The position numbers and the translations under genes are program-made. The notes beneath the pieces were generated by a model. That model was given only the letters and a program-made list of their open reading frames with translations. It did no database searches and was not told the origin of the DNA. Positions 24,203-32,000 of a DNA stretch of 32,000 nucleotides are shown piece by piece. The number at the start of each line of letters is the position of its first letter. The first letter of the stretch is position 1. This DNA is from an uncultured Clostridia bacterium (GTDB lineage Bacteria; Bacillota; Clostridia; Christensenellales; UBA1242), in the NCBI GenBank assembly GCA_944331845.1, contig CALVIT010000003.1, forward strand, positions 1 through 32,000. Direction: 5' to 3'.

Positions 24203-26092
24203 TTATATAATAGTTACCTTTAATGTCGCAATTAATGTCTCATTGTTGTAGATATTCAAAGTTATCTCTCCGCTTTTTGCAAATTTTATTATCACGCTAC
24301 CGTTCCAATCTCTAATAACCAAATATGAAGTGGTATCACTCTCAACCCCATTAACAAGGTATTTAATATCAGTGTATTGACCTTGAATCTCCATAACCTT
24401 AGTAGATAATACCGCACAAGTTATGTTGTCTACAACCTTATTATCAATTATTAATTTAACAAAATTGCTTTCAATATTTAACTTATACTCAACACATTGA
24501 GTTGACAATTTATCAACAAATTTTATTGTTGTTTCGCCATCTTTGATAGCCTTGTAGTTATTATCTACTTTAATTAAATATTCTTCATCATAGATAATAT
24601 CTATATTATACAAAGCATAAATAGGCGCAACACTTATTGAGTATTCTACATATTCATCTACTTTTATATTTTGATTAATATTAACACTTATTGATTCAGC
24701 AACCACATTAACTATATCAAAACTTATTGTCTTAGTTAATTTTGACCCATCTTTAGCACTTAAAGTTATCGTACCTACCCCAGCATTGACAGCACTAACG
24801 ACATTGTCTTCGTACAATAGGTTATCATTAACTATAATGTCGACATTGTTATTAACAACTAAAGTAGCACAATTATACAAATTGTCTAAATTCGCTTGAT
24901 TAGCGAACTTCTCATTATAAAGGTATAATTTGTCAACATTTATATTGTCTAAAGTTGTAAATGTATAGTCAATATTTTGTAAATATTCTTTTTGTTCTAT
25001 AGTAGAAATATACTTTAATTTATTATTACTGATATTGTCTAAGAAATTAATAGAAATGTCATTGTTATTAATTTTGTAGAAAGTTACTACAATATTGTTA
25101 TTATCTAAAATAATGTCAACAACTTCCGCATTATCTATAGTTGGCAAAGTGTCTAAATGCTTATTTAACTTAATAACCATTGTGTAGAGCGTGTACTCGC
25201 CATCTGCTTTAGCATTAGTCATAAGACAATCAACCAATTCGTTATCTTGATAGAACTTAACTTCATTAACCTTCAACTCATCTTCGACAACAATAGGTAT
25301 GACAAATTCTTCTATTACATTATAAGAAGTTTCAGCACTTATCACGACTTGAGTACTCCCGCTACTAAGCGCAAATAGTGTCTTTGAATCGGTATCAATA
25401 TTTATAATACTACTATCATACGACAAATTAGGTGTAATCCTATCGCCACTTTGGTATGTGATTCTATCAAATTCAACACTTTGTCCCTTAAGTAGTCTTA
25501 TAGGACTTTCATCAATAGGATTTACATAACCTATCTCTCTAACTTCGACAACACATTCACTACTTAAATAATCATTTAACCCTGTAACTCTAGCACTAAT
25601 AGAAGTTTGACCCAATGATTTAGCGATAATATTATGCCCATCATAACTTATAATATCTTCATCATATACAAAATCAATGTCTCCATAATAATTATCTTTG
25701 TCAACAATGAAATTAAGTTCACAAGAATTGTTACCATTAATATATAATATAACATTAGATTTATCAAAACTACAATCTAAGGCATACACTTTAACAACAA
25801 AACTAGACTGCCTATCATTTGTCTTAATAGATACTTTTGTTTCGCCATAATTGATAGCATACAAAATATCATTCTCAATCTTTATTACATTCTCATTGTC
25901 AATTAAGATGTCATATTCATCACAATCTACAATATCACTCATATTGTAACTTTGTCCCAAACGCAACTCAATAGAATTCACTTTCAATAAATAATGAGAT
26001 GCACCACTTGTGTTCATAAGTATTAAACATATACCAATACCCAACGACAAAGTCAACCCAGACAATAATGAAATTAAAAATGTCTTTGACAT
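24203..26092 (-). CDS. Secreted or membrane-anchored protein with several Big_2/Ig-like repeats (629 aa)
   Basis: N-terminal hydrophobic signal/anchor FLISLLSGLTLSLGIGICLILM. Recurrent ~80-90-aa units with Big_2-like patterns (..L..GQS..........V.....V.....A...G.T.V..). GGAGAG lies about 10 nt upstream of the ATG. Confidence 0.8.
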   Translation of the reverse strand: MSKTFLISLLSGLTLSLGIGICLILMNTSGASHYLLKVNSIELRLGQSYNMSDIVDCDEYDILIDNENVIKIENDILYAINYGETKVSIKTNDRQSSFVVKVYALDCSFDKSNVILYINGNNSCELNFIVDKDNYYGDIDFVYDEDIISYDGHNIIAKSLGQTSISARVTGLNDYLSSECVVEVREIGYVNPIDESPIRLLKGQSVEFDRITYQSGDRITPNLSYDSSIINIDTDSKTLFALSSGSTQVVISAETSYNVIEEFVIPIVVEDELKVNEVKFYQDNELVDCLMTNAKADGEYTLYTMVIKLNKHLDTLPTIDNAEVVDIILDNNNIVVTFYKINNNDISINFLDNISNNKLKYISTIEQKEYLQNIDYTFTTLDNINVDKLYLYNEKFANQANLDNLYNCATLVVNNNVDIIVNDNLLYEDNVVSAVNAGVGTITLSAKDGSKLTKTISFDIVNVVAESISVNINQNIKVDEYVEYSISVAPIYALYNIDIIYDEEYLIKVDNNYKAIKDGETTIKFVDKLSTQCVEYKLNIESNFVKLIIDNKVVDNITCAVLSTKVMEIQGQYTDIKYLVNGVESDTTSYLVIRDWNGSVIIKFAKSGEITLNIYNNETLIATLKVTII

Positions 26093-26155
26093 TTCCTATA
26101 CTCTCCCCATTAGACTATTACTTGTCTTATCCATAATTTACCAATTAGATAAATT

Positions 26156-26184
26156 ATAATAACATACTGACAAAATTTTGACAA
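26156..26184 (-). promoter_or_regulatory. Candidate sigmaA promoter of the Big_2-type gene: TTGTCA - 17 nt - TATTAT
   Basis: On the minus strand the -35 is at 26184-26179 and the -10 at 26161-26156. A 0A box lies 17 nt upstream of the -35. Confidence 0.45.
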
Positions 26185-26201
26185 CTAAAACTATTTGTTA
26201 A

Positions 26202-26218
26202 TTCGACATTTTTCGCTA
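26202..26218. promoter_or_regulatory. Spo0A 0A-box pair: TTCGACA (26202-26208, reverse complement of TGTCGAA) plus degenerate TTCGCTA (26212-26218), 10-bp phasing
   Basis: Exact heptamer match. The 13-mer TCGACATTTTTCG recurs at 26332-26344. Confidence 0.5.
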
Positions 26219-26329
26219 AAATATTTATAATTTATACTATAATTCAATAATAATATAGTATAATTGTATTAATACTAGGCAAGTACGATTTAGAGAGAAT
26301 AATTATCAAAAATATTATAAAAATCACTT

Positions 26330-26347
26330 TGTCGACATTTTTCGACA
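26330..26347. promoter_or_regulatory. Spo0A 0A-box cluster: TGTCGAC (26330-26336, 6/7) overlapping GTCGACA, plus TTCGACA (26341-26347, 7/7), 10-bp phasing
   Basis: Read directly from the sequence. Located about 125-140 bp upstream of the spo0A start codon. Confidence 0.5.
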
Positions 26348-26407
26348 TAAATTCTTTAATTTTTTGTACAAAATTATATTAATTTGCTTTTGTTTTTACT
26401 TTTTTTG

Positions 26408-26416
26408 TGCTAAAAT
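26408..26416 (+). promoter_or_regulatory. Candidate extended -10 element (TGcTAAAAT) upstream of spo0A
   Basis: TG at 26408-26409 and TAAAAT at 26411-26416. The -35 is poor. It lies about 55 nt upstream of the spo0A ATG. Confidence 0.3.
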
Positions 26417-26470
26417 GCCTTTGTTTGACAGTGATTGTGTTTTTTCTTACTGTCTCGTAGGAGTTTTATT

Positions 26471-27220
26471 ATGAATATTCTTATCGCTTTAGATGATGAT
26501 AACGCCAAAGCAATTTCTAATTACTTCAGTTCTTTAAATGGTTATAATATTTGTGCTTGTGTAAATGATGGACAATCTGCCATTGATAACATTGTTAATC
26601 TTCAACCAGATGTCTTTATCACTGACCTTATTCTCCCTCAAGTTGATGGGTTCGCTGTTCTCGATTTTGTCTTTAAGAAACTTCTTACAAAAAGACCTAT
26701 CGTCATAGTCATTTCCGCACTTACTCAAGATGCTTTTGTCAACAAAGCACTCTCAGCGGGTGCTTCTGACTTCTTAGCGAAACCTTTCTCGCTTGATTCT
26801 CTCAAGGACCACATAGACGCCTTAGTCTCTGGTGCGCCTATCACCACCAGCAACTTGACTAAAGCCAAGGCCAAAGTTATTGAAGAACAAATAACTACTG
26901 TCTTTTTAACTATAGGTATACCCGCTCATATCAAAGGGTACCAATACCTTAGAGAAGCAATTAAATTGACATTTGAGAACCCTAACCTTATTAACAATAT
27001 AACTAAGGAGTTATACCCAGCAATAGCACAAAAATTTGAGACAACACCTAGTAAGGTAGAGAGAGCCATTAGACACGCCATTGAGATTGCGTGGAATAGA
27101 GGAAGAATTGAAAGTATTAATACTATCTTTGGTATCAAAGTATATAACAACGCAGATAGACCAACTAACTCTGAGTTTATCGCTTTAGTTGCAGACAAAA
27201 TGTTACTTGATAATGCTTAA
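26471..27220 (+). CDS. spo0A: Stage 0 sporulation response regulator Spo0A
   Basis: Start moved to the ATG at 26471 (MNILIALDDD), which follows AGGAG with 7-nt spacing. Receiver domain has the acidic pocket DDD, phospho-acceptor ITDLILP.VDG and LAKPF. The C-terminal Spo0A-specific DNA-binding domain has IKGYQYLREAI and the signature SKVERAIRHAIEIAWNRG. Confidence 0.93.
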   Translation: MNILIALDDDNAKAISNYFSSLNGYNICACVNDGQSAIDNIVNLQPDVFITDLILPQVDGFAVLDFVFKKLLTKRPIVIVISALTQDAFVNKALSAGASDFLAKPFSLDSLKDHIDALVSGAPITTSNLTKAKAKVIEEQITTVFLTIGIPAHIKGYQYLREAIKLTFENPNLINNITKELYPAIAQKFETTPSKVERAIRHAIEIAWNRGRIESINTIFGIKVYNNADRPTNSEFIALVADKMLLDNA

Positions 27221-27915
27221 GATTAATCTCCCATTTTCTTTTGAATTAAATAAATATATTACTAATTTTGTAATTACATTAGTTTATCAATACCATTAGT
27301 TATAAACAAAAATATGTTTGTTAATTAATAGAACAACATATTTGTTTACTATATATCTTATAATAACTATATAAATATATATTGTATTTAGATTATTTTA
27401 AATAAAATTAATTATATACTAAGTGTATTCTTATAGATTCTCTATATAATATAACAAAGAATTATTTACAACTATGATTTATTATAAGATACTATAACAA
27501 AATTAATTGTGAATAAAATTAATTAAATAACATTTAAGTATTAAACTTTGTATCATTAAATTTGCATTAAAACAATAATAAAATTGTCAAAATAATCAAC
27601 ATAACTACAATTTTTTAACATTTAACCACCCAAAAATTGATGCTAAACTACTAAATATGCAATATATTAATGTCAAAGTAGAAATTATTAATAGTTAGAA
27701 TGCATTTATTAAATTATTCATAATTATAATATACCCTAGATTGATAAACCGAAAATCTTCAAAATTATTAAACCTTAAAAACATCGAAACACTATAATTA
27801 AAATTCATTAAGCATTAATTATTCATCATCTAAATTTAACAAATACTATGTGTAATAATTGAATATTTGTATTGAACTGTCAAACGCTTTACCATAATAA
27901 GTTCTTAATCATTTC

Positions 27916-27949
27916 AAAAAGAGCAAGGATAATTCCCTGCTCTTTTTTG
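27916..27949 (-). terminator. Rho-independent terminator directly after the pheT stop
   Basis: Stem agagcaagg (27920-27928) / ccctgctct (27935-27943) pairs at 8/9 positions, with A/T runs on both sides. Confidence 0.6.
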
Positions 27950-30007
27950 TTATGCTTTTAGCGTAACGCCAAATTTTGATTGAAGTTTATTTAACCAAGA
28001 TTTCTCTATGTCTTCAACTTGTTGTGAAGTCAAAGTCTCATTATAATTATTGTACTCTATCTCAAGTAACAAAGCGGTATACCCCTTATCAACGCCTTTG
28101 CCACGATAGATATCTTTAACTTGTATACCTATTATGAACTGTGATTGCTCTTTAATTAGGTTCGCTATACTTTGGTATTCTATTCCATCTTTGACAAGCA
28201 AATTGTATTCTCTTATAATGCTAGGATATTTGCTTTGCTTACCAAGCGGTGTAACCCCCATAGTTAGATTATCTATGTTAATCTCTAGATAGTATATTTT
28301 GTCTTTAACCAACTTGCCGTTCTCAAAATTTTTCAAAATTTTAGAATCGACTATTCCTATATATCCACTCTCAACATTATTTATGAATACTTTAGCATAG
28401 AGTGCAAATGCGGAATTTTCCCCTTTAACAAGTTTTATGTCAAAACTATACTCTTGCCCTATCAACTCAAGTATTTGCTTAATGTCATAGAAATCATAAG
28501 GTACATCTTTATCTACACCAAAGCCCTTTGTAATCTTATTACCACATAATACAACTGCTAAATGTGAGTTTTGACTATACCCTGTATCTGCTGACTTATC
28601 TACTTTGAATACAGTACCAATCTCAAATATAGGGTCGCAAGTACCTTCTTTAGAATAATTGTATATAAGTGTATTCAACATAGAATACAACATATTAGGG
28701 CGCATAACAGCGAATTTATTTGATAGCGGATTAATCAATCTAATATCGCCATACAACTCATTACTTTCGCTGATATTCAACATTTTCATAGCGTTCTCGT
28801 GAATAAATGAATAAGATATACATTCATTTATATTTTGTGAATACATAAGGTTTCTTATAATGTCGCTATTAATAATATTATAATTAGGTTGATACTCTAC
28901 GCTTAAGTTAGGCATTGTAGGTTCAATATTATGATATCCATACATTTGAGCGATATCTCCAATGACATCCACTTCTTGTTCTATGTCAAGTCTATAACTA
29001 GGACAAATCGCCTTAAATGCGTCATCATCAATAATTTCAATTCTATAATAGTAATCTTCTAATAATTTCTTAATGTCCTTCACATTAAGTTTTGTACCTA
29101 ATAATTTATTGACATTGCTAACTTTAACCACTTTGACATTGTCTTCGCTATTATTGAATCTTACATAGGCAGAATCTAATTCCCCACCGCAGGCATCCAT
29201 AATGTACTGAGCGCACAAACAAGCACCTAATTTTGTAATGTTCGCATCGACTCCCCTTTCATAACGATATGAAGCCAAGGTTGAAATGTGCGTTTGTTGA
29301 CTAGCGATTCTTAATTTGACTGCATCAAAATTCGCTGATTCAATAATGATATTTTTTGTATTGTGGTCAATCTCCACCTTTTGTGTACCTATGACACCCG
29401 CTAAACAAACAGCACCATCTTTATCATTAATAATAATGCTACCATTAGGCACATCAATTTGAGAGCCATTTAAGGTTGTTATCTTCTCGCCCAATTTTGA
29501 ATTAGTAAATTCTAATTTTTGATTCAATTTGTCTAAATCATAAATATGAATAGGTTGTCCCAATTCAAGCATAACAAAGTTACTTAAGTCTACTATAGGG
29601 TTAACACTAGCGACTCCTAGATTATTTAATAATTTGACAATATTATCAGGGGTCTTTTTGGTATTGTCAATATTTTTGATACAAACAAGTACTAGATTAC
29701 CTACATCATCGGTATTGACTTCGACTTCTATAGGTAAACTCTTCAAGTTATCAATGCTTACATTTGACTTAATATTTGGTTCTCTCTTATACCCCTTGTA
29801 TACATAGTACTCACGCAATACCCCTAAATGCGACAACATATCAGGTCTATTCGCCTTGACTTCAAGTTCGACTATAGCATCATCTCCGCAAACTTCTTCG
29901 CTCGCCACTTCGAACCCTTGTAAGTCTAACCAATTCCTATCAAAGTCAAGATAATCTATTTTCTCCCCCGCTAATTTCTCCAAAAATCTATGTGAATATT
30001 TGAACAT
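27950..30007 (-). CDS. pheT: Phenylalanyl-tRNA synthetase beta subunit, short form (685 aa) lacking the N-terminal OB-fold tRNA-binding (B2) domain
   Basis: SD AAGGAG lies 7 nt before the ATG. The N-terminus (GFEVASEEV) runs straight into the ..ELEVKANRPDMLSHLGVLRE motif. B3/4, B5, the catalytic-like core and the C-terminal FDX-ACB domain (KYPSIIREYNLLV..) are present. Confidence 0.93.
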   Translation of the reverse strand: MFKYSHRFLEKLAGEKIDYLDFDRNWLDLQGFEVASEEVCGDDAIVELEVKANRPDMLSHLGVLREYYVYKGYKREPNIKSNVSIDNLKSLPIEVEVNTDDVGNLVLVCIKNIDNTKKTPDNIVKLLNNLGVASVNPIVDLSNFVMLELGQPIHIYDLDKLNQKLEFTNSKLGEKITTLNGSQIDVPNGSIIINDKDGAVCLAGVIGTQKVEIDHNTKNIIIESANFDAVKLRIASQQTHISTLASYRYERGVDANITKLGACLCAQYIMDACGGELDSAYVRFNNSEDNVKVVKVSNVNKLLGTKLNVKDIKKLLEDYYYRIEIIDDDAFKAICPSYRLDIEQEVDVIGDIAQMYGYHNIEPTMPNLSVEYQPNYNIINSDIIRNLMYSQNINECISYSFIHENAMKMLNISESNELYGDIRLINPLSNKFAVMRPNMLYSMLNTLIYNYSKEGTCDPIFEIGTVFKVDKSADTGYSQNSHLAVVLCGNKITKGFGVDKDVPYDFYDIKQILELIGQEYSFDIKLVKGENSAFALYAKVFINNVESGYIGIVDSKILKNFENGKLVKDKIYYLEINIDNLTMGVTPLGKQSKYPSIIREYNLLVKDGIEYQSIANLIKEQSQFIIGIQVKDIYRGKGVDKGYTALLLEIEYNNYNETLTSQQVEDIEKSWLNKLQSKFGVTLKA

Positions 30008-30110
30008 TTCTTATCTCCTTAATGTAAATGTAAATACTTAGTATTTTAACAATTCAATACATATTACATAATTATATTTATTTAAACTATTTATTAATAC
30101 TATTTACTTT

Positions 30111-30272
30111 TAATATCACTCTTCATTATTGATACAAATTTATTTCATTACTAATATCAATCTATATTACTATTGATACAATCTAATTATGATTGTTAGA
30201 AAATATCACATTATTGATAATTAATATAACTATTGCTAATAATAATTAATATCACTATTGATACAAATCTAT
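30111..30272. repeat. Five degenerate direct repeats (TAATATCAC..ATTATTGATACAAATyTA) inside the pheS-pheT intercistronic spacer
   Basis: Best copies are at 30111-30142 and 30248-30272. Degenerate copies are at 30168-30185, 30203-30223 and 30228-30245. Confidence 0.65.
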
Positions 30273-30286
30273 ATCTTTACAATTAA

Positions 30287-31267
30287 TCAGTGTAATTTTT
30301 TGAACACCTTAATATTGTTGTCGTGAAGTATTCTAAGTTCTGGTAATTTGTATTCAATTTGTGGGAATTTACTCATCCCGTAACCAAATGCGAAACCTTG
30401 AACATTATCTCCATAACCAACATTTTTAAGTACATTAGGGTGTACCATACCGCACCCACCTACTCTAATCCAACCAGAGTTCTTGCAAGTACGACATTTC
30501 TTGCCACCGCACACAGGACAAGTAATATCAATACCAGCGCTAGGCTCGGTATAAGGATAATATGTCGGTATGAATCTAGCGCTGATATTCTCGCCAAATA
30601 CATTCTTGACACAATTCATAATTGTACCCTTTAAGTCAGCGAAAGTAATATTCTCGCCTATAACAAGTCCTTCTAGTTGGAAGAACATAGGTGTATGTTG
30701 TGGGTCTAGGTCATCCACTCTATACACAATGCCGGGAGAAATAATCTTAACAGGTGGCTTGTGCTTTAGCATATACCTTATTTGAACAGCGGAAGTGTGC
30801 GACCTTAGAATTTTGTTAGGAAATTCTAGATAGAATGTATCCTGCATACCCCTTGCTGGGTGATGCTCAGGCATATTTAACATTTCACAATTATATTTGT
30901 CTAATTCTATCTCTGGACCACTTACTATATTAAACCCATTATTAATGTAGTATTTCTCAAATCGCTTGTATATTCTTATAAGCGGGTGCATTGCGCCGTA
31001 TTTTAAAAGCGGTTTTGATAGTGTTAAATCAACATTCTCACAGGACTTATCAACATTAGTATTCTGTGCCTTAACATTGTTGATTCTCTCTTCCATTTTG
31101 GACTTAAAGTCATTGACTATTTGACCAAACGCTTTCCTCTCACTGACATCAAGTGTCTTAATACTAGCGTATAATTCTTTCATAAATTCTTTAAATTCTT
31201 TGTCTACTTTATTTACATTCTCATTAGTAATTTGTAAATTCAAAAAATTATTCATTCTTTCTTCCAT
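30287..31267 (-). CDS. pheS: Phenylalanyl-tRNA synthetase alpha subunit
   Basis: Start moved to the ATG at 31267 (MEERMNNF), which follows AGGAG with 5-nt spacing. Class II motifs are present (HPARGMQDTFY, LRSHTSAVQ, FRVD-like VYRVDDLD, FGYGMS). Cys cluster CPVCGGKKCRTCKNSGW. Confidence 0.95.
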   Translation of the reverse strand: MEERMNNFLNLQITNENVNKVDKEFKEFMKELYASIKTLDVSERKAFGQIVNDFKSKMEERINNVKAQNTNVDKSCENVDLTLSKPLLKYGAMHPLIRIYKRFEKYYINNGFNIVSGPEIELDKYNCEMLNMPEHHPARGMQDTFYLEFPNKILRSHTSAVQIRYMLKHKPPVKIISPGIVYRVDDLDPQHTPMFFQLEGLVIGENITFADLKGTIMNCVKNVFGENISARFIPTYYPYTEPSAGIDITCPVCGGKKCRTCKNSGWIRVGGCGMVHPNVLKNVGYGDNVQGFAFGYGMSKFPQIEYKLPELRILHDNNIKVFKKLH

Positions 31268-31291
31268 AATATCTCCTTTGTTCTGCAAAAC

Positions 31292-31520
31292 AAAAAAATC
31301 GCCCCTAAATATAGGGCGATTCTCACCGCGGTACCACCTATTTTTTGACCAAAGTCAAATCTCATTACATTTTTACAGTTTTGTCTGTCCTTTCTCAACA
31401 AAAGGCAACTCCAATGGCGAAATTCATCAGTTATTTGAACATAAGCATCTCTCAGCCACAAATGCTCTCTCTCGAATGAAAATAACTGACTACTAAACAT
31501 CTTCACAGTCTTTATTGTAC
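31292..31520 (-). promoter_or_regulatory. T-box riboswitch leader (Phe specifier UUC) controlling pheS-pheT
   Basis: On the minus strand: T-box core GGTGGTACCGCGGTG (31338-31324). Terminator ATCGCCC-tatattta-GGGGCGAT followed by T7 (31320-31292). Stem I region has AGAGAGAG and GCTGAGAG elements. Specifier-loop context GAAU-UUC-G has UUC at 31421-31419. Confidence 0.88.
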
Positions 31521-31526
31521 AGTATT

Positions 31527-31555
31527 ATTATAGTATTATAAATTTACTTTGTCAA
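31527..31555 (-). promoter_or_regulatory. Consensus sigmaA promoter of the pheST T-box leader: TTGACA - 17 nt - TATAAT
   Basis: On the minus strand the -35 is at 31555-31550 and the -10 at 31532-31527. Both hexamers match the consensus perfectly. Confidence 0.75.
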
Positions 31556-32000
31556 GTATTTACAAATAATTGATTTTTATTCTTTCACATTTATTATATT
31601 TTAATATTAGTATAAAAAGACAATATATATATAAATTAATTATACACATATAATAGACTACATACTTATTTTGTACGACAATAAGTTATTATCACCCCAT
31701 TTTAATTTTATTATACAATTTTTGATAACTCGTTATATCTAAATAAATTCACTATATCTAGATAACTGCATTTAATTAGAATATTTAGATAATTGTCAAC
31801 TCTATTGTGCTTTTTATTATGCTTAAATAACTTTGGTATATATTTGATGACTTTACATATATTGAAATTTTTTTTAAAACAATAACTTTGGTTAATTTTT
31901 ATTATTTTATACCCGATATAACTGCTTTACTTTTTATAACTCTATTACACTTTATAATAAATTTACTATACTTTATAATAATTCTACTATATCTCATAAT

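Noticed and set aside
26277-26304. Possible sigmaH promoter of spo0A (ctAGGCAAg ... aGAATaa)
   Set aside because: Only a partial match to RWAGGAXXT-14-HGAAT: A-to-C in the -35 core and 12- rather than 14-bp spacing. Too weak to call without a PWM scan or TSS data.
31200-31506. ORFs 31200..31496 (+) and 31252..31506 (-) upstream of pheS
   Set aside because: They overlap the T-box leader RNA (T-box core, terminator, specifier region), and the open frames are explained by that structured, GC-richer leader.

Overview
AT-rich segment (roughly 30% G+C by eye, standard genetic code) from an endospore-forming Firmicute, Clostridia/Erysipelotrichia-like. I support 15 protein genes, one tRNA and one transposase relic. 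Housekeeping genes: metG; pheS-pheT behind a canonical Phe (UUC) T-box leader with a consensus sigmaA promoter; tRNA-Arg(CCT). Sporulation genes: spo0A with phased 0A boxes upstream; spmA-spmB behind an exact sigmaE-consensus promoter and no Shine-Dalgarno (SD); a signal-less Amidase_3 plus 2x PG_binding_1 protein; a Cys-rich mini-collagen. Surface proteins: a 2,539-aa membrane-anchored giant, a 1,004-aa MBG-repeat lipoprotein and a 629-aa Big_2-type protein. Accessory or unusual content: (i) an orphan 602-aa P-loop NTPase with a winged-helix-like region and an S1/OB-like C-terminus, ending 22 bp from the 3' end of tRNA-Arg(CCT); this is my best candidate for an undescribed single-gene defence/abortive-infection type system. 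(ii) A decayed IS30-family transposase remnant carrying a C9/G9 homopolymer. (iii) About 2.3 tandem copies of a ~255-bp GC-rich, hairpin-dense repeat at the window start, with a compensatory stem change between copies; candidate structured ncRNA or new repeat family. (iv) Low coding density: about 24.3 of 32 kb from my coordinates. Several 0.3-1.1 kb AT-rich spacers are built from degenerate 20-35-bp direct repeats, including one inside the pheS-pheT operon. No CRISPR array, intact transposase/integrase or rRNA was seen. All domain calls come from motif recognition by eye; no searches were run.
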